From Sedimentisphaerales bacterium (lineage in GTDB: Bacteria > Planctomycetota > Phycisphaerae > Sedimentisphaerales > Anaerobacaceae): a DNA stretch of 64,000 bases. Each line of letters starts with the position of its first letter. The first letter of the stretch is position 1. This document shows positions 22,025-33,264 of this stretch, one piece after another. The notes under the pieces were generated by a model that was not told the origin of the DNA, made no database searches, and saw only the letters and a program-made list of their open reading frames with translations. The position numbers and the translations under genes are program-made. The stretch covers positions 7,200,001-7,264,000 of the forward strand of contig OY970194.1 of NCBI GenBank assembly GCA_963708075.1, written 5' to 3'.

Positions 22025-23508
22025 TCCTGTTGTGGCTGCTCATCGTGACGTTCGCAGGGGCGGTGGCCGCCTGGGTGCTCGGCTGGTGGAGTAAGGGGGC
22101 CGGCCGCTGGGTGACGCTCGCCGCCTTGTTCGTGGATGCGGTTCTGCTGGTCCTTGCCTGGGCCTCGGCATCCGGCCAGACGTGGCTCCATGAGTTTGAC
22201 TATCCGTGGATTGAGCCGCTTGGGATGCGCTTCCATCTGGGAGTCGATGGTCTGAGCCTGCTGCTTCTGACCTTGACGGTCTTCCTCGGGATTGCAGCGG
22301 TCAGCGCCTCTTGGACGCAAATCCAGGAGCGGGTAGGGGCATTCTACCTGAGTCTCATGCTGACACTGGCCGGAATCATGGGCGTCTTCATGGCCCTGGA
22401 TCTCTTCCTGTTCTACTTCTTCTGGGAGCTGATGCTGATCCCCATGTATTTTCTCATCGCGGTCTGGGGCCATGAGAACCGTGCTCCGGCCGCGATCAAG
22501 TTCTTCCTGTTCACCCAGGCCGGCAGCCTGCCGATGTTCGTGGCGATCCTGGCTTTGTACTTCATCCACGGCCGTTCCACAGGTGTCTACAGCTTCGATT
22601 ATCAGCAACTGCTGGATACCCAGACGTCGGGTTCCATCAGCTTCTGGCTCATGCTGGCCTTTTTCGCCGCCTTTGCTGTCAAGCTGCCAATGGTCGGGCT
22701 GCACACGTGGCTGCCGGATGCGCACACCGAGGCGCCCACGGGCGGAAGCGTCATCCTGGCCGGACTGTTGCTCAAGACCGGAGCCTACGGTTTCCTGCGT
22801 TTTGCCTTGCCGCTGTTTCCGGTGGATAGCGGGCGGATTGCCTGGCCCGCCATGATCCTGGGGACAGCGGGCATTCTGTACGGGGCCTTCCTCGCCTTTG
22901 CCCAGCAGGACGCAAAGCGGCTCGTGGCCTATACCAGCGTCAGTCACTTAGGCTTCGTTCTCCTGGGCATCTACGCGGGTACCGCGATGGCCTTGCAGGG
23001 CGCGATCGTGGTTCTTCTGGCGCATGGCCTGAGCACGGGCGGCATGTTCATCGTTGTAGGCGCTCTGGAGGATCGCTTCCACACCCGCCGGCTGGACGAG
23101 CTTGGCGGGCTCTGGGCGACCACGCCTCGCCTCGGCGGCGTCGCGCTGTTCCTGGCCCTGGCCTTGCTTGGCTTACCGGGGTTGGCCAACTTCGTCGGCG
23201 AGTTCCTCGTCCTCACGGGGACATTCGCCGTCAGTCCCACGCTGGCCGCGCTGGGCGCAATAGGATTTGTCCTGTCCTCCATCTACTCGCTCTGGTTGAT
23301 CTACCGGGTCTTTCACGGGCCTGTGCGGGCGGGACTTACGGCACCGGACCTTGGGGCTCGCGAGATGCTTGTTTTCAGCCTGATCATCGCCGGGATCGTC
23401 TGGCTGGGAGTCTATCCGCAGCCGGTTCTCGATACGGCCAGACCCCAGGTCGAGTCTCTCCTGAACTCCACCGCAGACGTCGGAACGGTCATCACAGTCG
23501 GCAAATGA
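22021..23508 (+). CDS. nuoM: NADH-quinone oxidoreductase subunit M
   Basis: GVDGLS, FWELMLIPMYFLI, HTWLPDAHTEAPT, LLKTGAYG. Confidence 0.95.
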
Positions 23509-23511
23509 CTC

Positions 23512-24975
23512 ATGAGTATCACTGATCTGCCGCAAATCCTGCCACTGGTTATTCTGGCCGCCGGAGCAGTCTTTGGCATGTTGACCATTGCTGTCCGGCG
23601 CAGCCATGTCATGGTCTTCGTGATTGCTCTCGTCACGCTGGTTCTCGCTCTGGTTTCGCTTCGAGTCTGGGTTCCCATCGACGGCGAGTACATCACGGCG
23701 CTTCTGCGATTCGACGGCTACGCCATCTTCTTCATGGGCCTGCTGTTCTCGGCAGCTATTGCGGTCGTCGTGATGTCCTATGGGTACATGAGAGGGCGGC
23801 CCATCGTTCGGGAAGAGTTCTACCTCCTCGTCCTCACCGCCATGCTCGGCTGCGCGGTCCTTGTGTCAAGCACGCATTTTGTGTCCTTCTTCATCGGGCT
23901 TGAACTGCTGAGCGTGTCATTGTATACCCTGATCGCCTACAGCCGCTCACGGCAAATCGACATTGAGGCGGGCATCAAGTACCTGATCCCGGCCTCCACG
24001 TCCAGCGCCTTGCTGCTGTTTGGAATGTCGCTCATCTACGCACACACGGGGACCATGGACCTGTTCGAACTGGCCAGATTGGCCTCATCGCCCTGGCAGC
24101 GGGGCGATCTGCTCGCCTTTGTGGGCGCCGGCATGATCCTGATCGGCATCGGGTTCAAGCTGGCGCTGGTCCCGTTCCATTTCTGGGCCGCCGACGTGTA
24201 CGAAGGGGCGCCCGCGCCGGTGACAGCCCTGATCGCCACGGCCTCGAAAGGGGCCATCTTCGCCTTGCTGCTTCGCTACTTCGGCGCCATGCACATGCGG
24301 ACGCAGGGCCCGTTCCTTCTCATTTTCACGTGGATAGCGGTCGTCTCCATGTTCGTTGGGAACTATCTGGCGCTGCGGCAGAACAATGTGAAGCGCCTGC
24401 TCGCCTACTCCTCCATCGCCCACATGGGCTACCTGCTCGTGGCTTTCCTGGCGGCCGGCACGCTCGCCGTAACGGCTGTCACCTTCTATCTGCTCGCGTA
24501 CTTCATCACCACCCTCGGGGCTTTCGGCGTCATCACGATGATGTCCGACAAGGAGGACGACTTCGCCGATCTTGCGGGTTATCGTGGGCTGGCCCGGGCT
24601 CATCCCTTTCTCGCGGCGGCACTGTCGGCAATGATGCTCTCACTCGCCGGGCTGCCTCTCACCGCAGGATTCTTCGCGAAGTTCTATGCGGTGCTCGCGG
24701 GCGTCCGGTCCGAGATGTGGCTGCTGGTCCTCGTCCTTGCGGCGAACAGTGTGATCTCCCTGTTCTACTACCTGCGAGTGATCATCGCCGTGTACCAGCC
24801 CGTCCAGCCGGCGTCCGATGAAGCGGGAATCGTTCGACCTCGCATCGCCGCGCCATCCGGCTCCCTCCTCGGCACAGTCGTCCTGGCGCTTCTTCTGCTG
24901 GCACTCCTCGGGATCGGCGTCTATCCGGGCCCGGTCATCCGCTTCATCGAGAGCCTCACCGGCAGCCTGGTGTAG
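23512..24975 (+). CDS. nuoN: NADH-quinone oxidoreductase subunit N
   Basis: EAGIKY, FKLALVPFHFWAADVYEGAP, KRLLAYSSIAHMGY, SLAGLP. Confidence 0.95.
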   Translation: MSITDLPQILPLVILAAGAVFGMLTIAVRRSHVMVFVIALVTLVLALVSLRVWVPIDGEYITALLRFDGYAIFFMGLLFSAAIAVVVMSYGYMRGRPIVREEFYLLVLTAMLGCAVLVSSTHFVSFFIGLELLSVSLYTLIAYSRSRQIDIEAGIKYLIPASTSSALLLFGMSLIYAHTGTMDLFELARLASSPWQRGDLLAFVGAGMILIGIGFKLALVPFHFWAADVYEGAPAPVTALIATASKGAIFALLLRYFGAMHMRTQGPFLLIFTWIAVVSMFVGNYLALRQNNVKRLLAYSSIAHMGYLLVAFLAAGTLAVTAVTFYLLAYFITTLGAFGVITMMSDKEDDFADLAGYRGLARAHPFLAAALSAMMLSLAGLPLTAGFFAKFYAVLAGVRSEMWLLVLVLAANSVISLFYYLRVIIAVYQPVQPASDEAGIVRPRIAAPSGSLLGTVVLALLLLALLGIGVYPGPVIRFIESLTGSLV

Positions 24976-25055
24976 CGCCCACGCGCTGACACGGGCTGTG
25001 GGAAGCACTTTCCGCAAATACACGTTTCATGAGATAAACCGAACGGAGTGGTTCT

Positions 25056-27113
<2,058 letters not shown>

Positions 27114-27151
27114 TGTGGGGGCTGGTGCAAGATCGAGCTTGGAGGAAAAAC

Positions 27152-27862
27152 ATGAAAGCCTCTCCTCATATTTCGGTATTGTTCGTGGATATCGGCGGGG
27201 TGTTGCTGACGAACGGCTGGGACCGCGAGATGCGCCGGCGGGCGGTGGAGAAGTTCGGCCTCGATATGGAAGAGATGAACGAGCGACACAACCTGACGTT
27301 CGACACGTATGAGCGGGGTCTGCTCAGCCTGGATGAGTACCTCAGGCGGGTCGTGTTCTATCAGGGCAGGACGTTCACACCGGATCAGTTCAAGAGCTAC
27401 ATGTTCGGTCAATCACAGGCTCTCGACAACAACATAAAGATGTTCAGGAAGGTCGCGTATGCGAATGGGCTCAAAGTCGGCGCCGTCAGCAATGAGGGGC
27501 GTGAGTTGGCCGTTCATCGCATCCGGGAGTTCCATCTGACCGAGTTCGTCGAGTTTTTTGTCATCTCGTCTTTTGTGCGTTTCCGGAAACCGGACGCGGA
27601 CATCTTCCGGCTTGCCCTGGACATCGCCCAGGTGCCGCCGGAGCAGGCGGTCTATGTGGAAGACCGCCCGATGTTTGTCGAGATAGCTCGCGAACTGGGG
27701 ATTCACAGCATTCATCACGAGACGATGGAAAAGACCCTCCGGGCACTCGATGGTCTGGGGCTGGGATTGCCCACGGCACGGAGGCCCGGCCGGCCGCGCC
27801 ACGCCCGCCGCAGCAGGGCAAGGATCGCAGTCCGGATGACGGGCAGTCGGGTCAAGCTGTAA
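27152..27862 (+). CDS. HAD-superfamily phosphatase (YihX-like)
   Basis: FVDIGGVL, SN, RKPD, VEDR; GGAGG RBS before ATG 27152. Confidence 0.85.
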   Translation: MKASPHISVLFVDIGGVLLTNGWDREMRRRAVEKFGLDMEEMNERHNLTFDTYERGLLSLDEYLRRVVFYQGRTFTPDQFKSYMFGQSQALDNNIKMFRKVAYANGLKVGAVSNEGRELAVHRIREFHLTEFVEFFVISSFVRFRKPDADIFRLALDIAQVPPEQAVYVEDRPMFVEIARELGIHSIHHETMEKTLRALDGLGLGLPTARRPGRPRHARRSRARIAVRMTGSRVKL

Positions 27863-27881
27863 TGGAACGGCCACAAGTCGT

Positions 27882-28874
27882 ATGCCCGCACAATCGCCAG
27901 CCGAGAGTCCAGACCGTGATAACCGTAAGCTTGCCTCCGGACGCAGACGCCGCCTGATCGTTAGTGTCGGGGGGATCGTTCTGGCGGTCGGGCTTGTTGT
28001 CGGTTCCATTTATTACTGGCGCTCCATCTTCTACGAATCGACGGACGATGCCTACGTTCAAGGCGACCCCGTCACCATCAGTGCTCGCGCTGCCGGCAAC
28101 ATTGTGCACGTTCACGCAACGGACAACCAATGGGTCCAGCAGGGCACGCTGCTTGTGGAGGTCGATCCCTGCGATTACCAAATTCACCTGGCGAAGACGG
28201 AGGCCAGCGTACGGTCCGCACAAGCGGATGAGGAGCAGGCGGCTGCCGATGTCGAGGTGGCCAGGGCTCAGTGGATCCAGCAGCAGCAGGACCTCAGCCG
28301 CAATGAGGAACTTGCCCGTCAGGGCGCCGTCACGGCCCAGGTGCTGGAGCACAGCCAGGCCGCCGCTCGATCTGCCCAGGCCGCCCTGCATGCGGCCGAG
28401 AAGCGTCTGGCCTCGTTTCGTGCCAAGACGGTCGAGGCGAGAGTCGATGCCGAGCAGGCCCGCCTGCAGTTGTCGTACACGAAGATCACCGCTCCGACAA
28501 CCGGTTACGTCACCCAAAAACGGGCTGAGGAGGGGATGTACGTCAGCGTCGGTCAGCCGTTGCTGGCGATCGTGCCCGACGAGATGTACGTGGTGGCCAA
28601 CTTCAAGGAGACCCAGTTGACGTACATGCGTCCGGGCCAGCCGGTTTCAGTCAGGGTCGATGCCTATCCCGGTGTCGTGTTCAGCGCTCACGTGGATAGC
28701 ATCCAGGCCGGGACCGGTGCGGCGTTCAGCCTCTTTCCCCCGGAGAACGCCACCGGCAATTTCGTGAAGGTTGTGCAGCGGGTCCCCGTCAAGATCGTCT
28801 TCGACACGCCGCCCGACCGGGACCATCGCCTGGTGCTCGGGATGTCGGTTCGACCGACAGTCAGAATTAAGTAG
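27882..28874 (+). CDS. EmrA/HlyD-family membrane fusion protein
   Basis: ESTDDAYV, ANFKETQL, GTGAAFSLFPPENATGNFVKVVQRVPV. Confidence 0.92.
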   Translation: MPAQSPAESPDRDNRKLASGRRRRLIVSVGGIVLAVGLVVGSIYYWRSIFYESTDDAYVQGDPVTISARAAGNIVHVHATDNQWVQQGTLLVEVDPCDYQIHLAKTEASVRSAQADEEQAAADVEVARAQWIQQQQDLSRNEELARQGAVTAQVLEHSQAAARSAQAALHAAEKRLASFRAKTVEARVDAEQARLQLSYTKITAPTTGYVTQKRAEEGMYVSVGQPLLAIVPDEMYVVANFKETQLTYMRPGQPVSVRVDAYPGVVFSAHVDSIQAGTGAAFSLFPPENATGNFVKVVQRVPVKIVFDTPPDRDHRLVLGMSVRPTVRIK

Positions 28875-28892
28875 CCCTCTCTTGAAAGCGGA

Positions 28893-30477
28893 ATGAAGAC
28901 TGAACGCCACGTCACAAGAATATCAGCCGGATGTCAATCCGTGGATTATCGCCATGACGGTCATGCTGGCTACGTTCATGGAGGTGCTCGATACGAGCGT
29001 CGCCAACGTGGCGCTGCCCCATATCGCCGGAGGCATGGCGGTGGATCTACAGGAGAGCACATGGGTGCTGACCTCATACCTCGTGTCCAACGCGATTGTC
29101 CTTCCGCTGAGCGGTTGGCTCTCCTCGCTGTTCGGCCGGAAGAATGTCTTCTTCACGTGCGTGGGACTCTTCGCGTTCAGCTCATTCCTGTGCGGTATCG
29201 CGCCCAATCTGGAGCTGCTGATCCTCTTCCGCGTCTTTCAGGGTATCGGCGGAGGCGCCATGCAGCCGATCTCTCAGGCCATCCTGCTGGAAAGCTTCCC
29301 TCCACAGAAGCGGGGGATGGCCATGGGCATTTTCGGAATGGGTGTCGTCGTTGCGCCCATCATTGGGCCGACCCTGGGGGGATGGCTCAGCGACAATTAC
29401 AGTTGGCGGTGGATCTTCTTCATCAACATCCCGGTCGGGCTGCTCTCGATGTTCCTGACCAGCTTGTTCATCTTCGACCCGCCATACCTGGTGCGCAGCC
29501 GCCTGGGAGGCGTCAAAATCGACTACCTGGGGTTGGGTTTGATCAGCCTGGGACTGGGCTGCCTGCAGGTGTTCCTCGACAAGGGGCAGACCGAAGACTG
29601 GTTCGCATCGAGGTTCATCCTTGTGACGGCGACCATCGCCTTCGTGTGCCTGGCGGTGCTCCTCGTCTGGGAGCTGATCCACCCATCGCCGATCATCAAC
29701 CTGCGGCTGATGAAGGACCGAAACTTCTCGATGGGGGTCCTGGCCATGTTCGTGCTCGGCTTCATCCTGTATGGGAGTCTCCTTCTGCTACCCATACTGC
29801 TCCAGGAGCTTCTGGGCTACACAGCTACGCTGGCCGGCATGGTGCTCTCGCCCGGGGGATTTCTGACGCTGCTGATGATGCCTGTCGCGGGTTCGCTGGT
29901 CGCCCGGGTCCAGGCTCGCTACCTGATCATAGCGGGTCTCGGGATCGTCGCCTACTCCATGTTCTACATGGCCGGTTTCAACCTCCAGATCGACTTCCGG
30001 GCCGCCGTGATTGCCCGAGCGATCCAGGGGGCCGGGCTGGCCTTCCTGTTCGTGCCGATCAACGCTGCCGCCTTCTTCTTCGTCCCTCGCGAGAAGACCG
30101 GGCAGGGGACTGCGATCGTCAATCTGGTCCGCAATATCGGGGGCAGCTCCGGAATCGCATTCGTCACGACGTTCCTGGCTCGCCACACGCAGGCCCATCA
30201 GAACTATCTGGTCGATAGTCTGACCCCTCTGAATCCCGTGTTCACCCGGGCGATGTCGGGCATCGAGGCAGCCCTGATTCAGCAGGGGGTCGATCCTTCG
30301 CAGGCGCCCATGCGTGCCTTGGGCGTCATCTATCGCATGCTCGTCGAGCAGGCGAGTATGCTGGCGTACACGGACGCCTTCCGAATCCTGGGCATCATTT
30401 CACTCGTGCTCATTCCGGTCATGTTGTTCCTGAAGAGCATCCGGGGCGGTGCGGCCGACATGCCCGCCGCACATTGA
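28893..30477 (+). CDS. EmrB/DHA2 14-TM MFS efflux pump (start uncertain; possible 5' indel)
   Basis: NPWIIAMTVMLATFMEVLDTSVANVALP, WVLTSYL, GPTLGG, WRWIFFINIPVG. Confidence 0.92.
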
Positions 30478-30661
30478 ACGCGAGAACTGTGACAGGGATC
30501 TGCGGCCAAGCTCACCTCGCAATACACGGTCCGGCAATCAGTTGCCTGAGCCGCATTACGCATTTTCCCTATATCGTCATCGCGGAGATACGAATGACCA
30601 TGTAGACCGCAAAAACAGGAACACAGTCGTGAATGCCCGGCTGTAGAAAGGGGAGAATGTC

Positions 30662-31963
30662 ATGGGGTGGAGAAACCTAGTGTGCGGCCATATCATCCTT
30701 ATGTTGGGGGTATGTGCCTACGGAGCGCCGGACCCGAACGAAAAGGGCAACTATGTGTCGCGACAGGAGTATGAGGCGCTGAAGAAAGAGCTCGATGACG
30801 TGAAGGGCCGACTTTCGGCGCGGGAAAAGGCCCCAGAATCGCAAGAACAAATCCAGCAGGAGATTGGGAGACTGAACAAGGAGGTGGCGAGAGCGCGGCA
30901 GATTGCCGAAGGCTCGGGTCTGGGCGACACGAGACTGCTGATCACCGGCAGCGCCGCGGCGGGCTATTTCGACCCGGAAGATGAATCCAGCACGTTCACG
31001 GCGGAATTCAATCCCATGCTGCTGTGGCAGTTGAACGAGCGGCTGTTCTTCGAAGGCGAGCTGGAGCTGGGGCTGGAAGGTCCGGAGTTGAACGGAGAGG
31101 GCTCGGAAACGGAAGCTGAGCTGGATTTGGCCTATCTGAGCTACCTGATCAATGACTACGCGGCAGTCAGCGCCGGAAAATTCTCCGTTCCATTCACAGC
31201 GTACCACAACCATCTCGATCCAAGCTGGATCAACAAATTGCCCATAGACCCGCTTGTCTATGCCGATGGCGGGATCGCGCCCGATACAGGCGTCGGCGCC
31301 TTCGTTACCGGTGCGGTTTCTTGCCGACGGGGGATATTCAACTACGCGGTATTTTTGACGAACGGTCCGGCGTTGATCACGGACGATCCCGAGAGCGCGG
31401 GCAGCTTGAACTTCGACAACTTCAACGACCTGAACAACAACAAGGCGCTGGGCGTGCGAATCGGGTACTTGCCCATTCCTCAACTGGAGGTCGGTTATTC
31501 GTTCGAGTTTTCGAGACCGAACCCCCCAGGTTTTGAGACCGTCCGTTCGACGATTCATGGCGTGGACCTCAACTATCTCGCGCGCATCGGAGCTGTCCAG
31601 GGCCAGGTGACGGCACGAGGCGCCTGGATTTGGTCGAATCTGCGCGACGCGACCTACGATCCGACGGGTCTGTTGGGATTCGGGCCGTTGCGTTTCGACA
31701 ACGATCGCAACGGCGGGTACGCCGAGCTCGCCTATCGTCCGACGGACGCCGGGGAACGGTGGCTGCGGAACCTCGAGTTTGCCCTGCGTTACGATAGGCT
31801 CGAAATACCTTCGGCGGCGCCCGGCGGAGGCACGCAGAGGCAATGGACCCCCGGCATCGACTACTGGCTGACGGCGCGGACCGTCCTCAAAGCGGCGTAC
31901 ACATTCGGTGAGAGTGGCGATGTCGCGGATATGTTCACACTGCAATTCGCTACAGGCTTTTGA
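30662..31963 (+). CDS. Putative outer-membrane beta-barrel porin with N-terminal coiled coil
   Basis: Signal peptide, ~55-aa coiled coil, alternating amphipathic strands, C-terminal Phe (FTLQFATGF). Confidence 0.78.
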   Translation: MGWRNLVCGHIILMLGVCAYGAPDPNEKGNYVSRQEYEALKKELDDVKGRLSAREKAPESQEQIQQEIGRLNKEVARARQIAEGSGLGDTRLLITGSAAAGYFDPEDESSTFTAEFNPMLLWQLNERLFFEGELELGLEGPELNGEGSETEAELDLAYLSYLINDYAAVSAGKFSVPFTAYHNHLDPSWINKLPIDPLVYADGGIAPDTGVGAFVTGAVSCRRGIFNYAVFLTNGPALITDDPESAGSLNFDNFNDLNNNKALGVRIGYLPIPQLEVGYSFEFSRPNPPGFETVRSTIHGVDLNYLARIGAVQGQVTARGAWIWSNLRDATYDPTGLLGFGPLRFDNDRNGGYAELAYRPTDAGERWLRNLEFALRYDRLEIPSAAPGGGTQRQWTPGIDYWLTARTVLKAAYTFGESGDVADMFTLQFATGF

Positions 31964-31976
31964 GCAGGAGACTGTT

Positions 31977-32660
31977 ATGATACTCGGTGACTCGCATCAG
32001 CGCATTTTCGCGTGGTCGGTTGCGATCTTCGCGATCCTCAGTATCGTGATCGCCAGTTGTTCTACCACCGATCCGAGCAGCCGACAGCAGGCTCGCGGTT
32101 CGAGCCTTGGCGGGCAGGGTGATCCCCCAGACGCCCAAGGCGATCCCAATTCGTCATCCGCCAGTGTAGAGAGCGGCAAGGGGCTCTTCGTCACGCTCGG
32201 TTGCATGGGCTGCCACGTGGTCAACGGCAAGGGCGGCCTGGCCGGATCCGACCTCTCCAACGAGGCCAATAAGGGTCGGTCGCGGGAGTGGCTTGAGACG
32301 AAGATTCGCAATCCCAAGGCGGATGACCCGCAAACGCTAATGCCCGCGTACGCCACACTATCGGACGAGCAGGTCAACGATCTGGTAGACTATATGCTGA
32401 GCCTCAGGACCACGGGTGGGCAGGCCGGCGCAACAGCCACGAGGACCACAGAAGGCCGGCCGACCGCATCGGTCGCTTCCTCAGTAACCACCGGGGGGAT
32501 CATGTGGTCGCGGAGGTGCAGACAATGTCACGATCTCAGGCCGCCATCAGAATACAGCGACGCCCAATGGGCGGTTACCGTCCACCACATGAGAGTGCGC
32601 GTCCCGCTAACCGGTGGGGAGCAGAGAGACATACTCGCGTTTCTCCAGGCGAGTAACTGA
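31977..32660 (+). CDS. Dihaem cytochrome c lipoprotein
   Basis: AGGAG RBS; lipobox IASC; CMGCH...MPAY and CRQCH...HMRVR. Confidence 0.85.
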   Translation: MILGDSHQRIFAWSVAIFAILSIVIASCSTTDPSSRQQARGSSLGGQGDPPDAQGDPNSSSASVESGKGLFVTLGCMGCHVVNGKGGLAGSDLSNEANKGRSREWLETKIRNPKADDPQTLMPAYATLSDEQVNDLVDYMLSLRTTGGQAGATATRTTEGRPTASVASSVTTGGIMWSRRCRQCHDLRPPSEYSDAQWAVTVHHMRVRVPLTGGEQRDILAFLQASN

Positions 32661-32718
32661 ACTGTCCGGTTCAACCGAGCCTCATGCCAGGCAGATCGAC
32701 TGCAAGCGACGAATCATT

Positions 32719-33255
32719 ATGGACGATTTGAACATGTGGTGTCGCCGTAGAAAGCCACGCGCATCCCGCCGGGGATTCCTGAGGCTGGCGATGGGGATTG
32801 TGTCGGCGAGTATCAGCTTGCTTTTGGGAATCCCTTTCGTGGTGGCTCTCATTGCGCCCACCTACAGAAAGAGCCTGTCGCCTTACGCCAAGGTAGGCGA
32901 AGTGGGCCCGCTGCCGAAAGAGCAGCCTATCCGTCTGAGATTTCAGTTTCAGGGCACGGATGCCTTCATTCGGCAGACGGTGACGCACGAGGCCTGGGTC
33001 GTCAAACACTCCGACAGCGATCTTACCGTATTTTCGCCGATCTGTACCCATCTGGGCTGCCATTACGACTGGGTCCCATCGGCCAACGAGTTCCTCTGCC
33101 CCTGTCACGACAGCTATTTCTCGATTACGGGCAAGGTCCTCGCGGGTCCCGCGCCGCGTCCTCTCGATACACTCCCTTATCGCATCGAAAACGGGCTCCT
33201 CTACGTGAAGTGGGAAAGGTTCCAGGCCGGAATCCCGGAGAAGATACTTGTTTAG
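32719..33255 (+). CDS. Rieske [2Fe-2S] subunit of a Rieske/cytochrome b complex
   Basis: Tat motif SRRGFL + TM helix; CTHLGC and CPCHDS; GPAPRPL. Start approximate. Confidence 0.92.
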   Translation: MDDLNMWCRRRKPRASRRGFLRLAMGIVSASISLLLGIPFVVALIAPTYRKSLSPYAKVGEVGPLPKEQPIRLRFQFQGTDAFIRQTVTHEAWVVKHSDSDLTVFSPICTHLGCHYDWVPSANEFLCPCHDSYFSITGKVLAGPAPRPLDTLPYRIENGLLYVKWERFQAGIPEKILV

Positions 33256-33264
33256 GGTGCCGCG

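Noticed and set aside
27770..27862. Arg-rich tail of the HAD protein
   Set aside because: It could be read-through caused by an indel, and there is no independent support.
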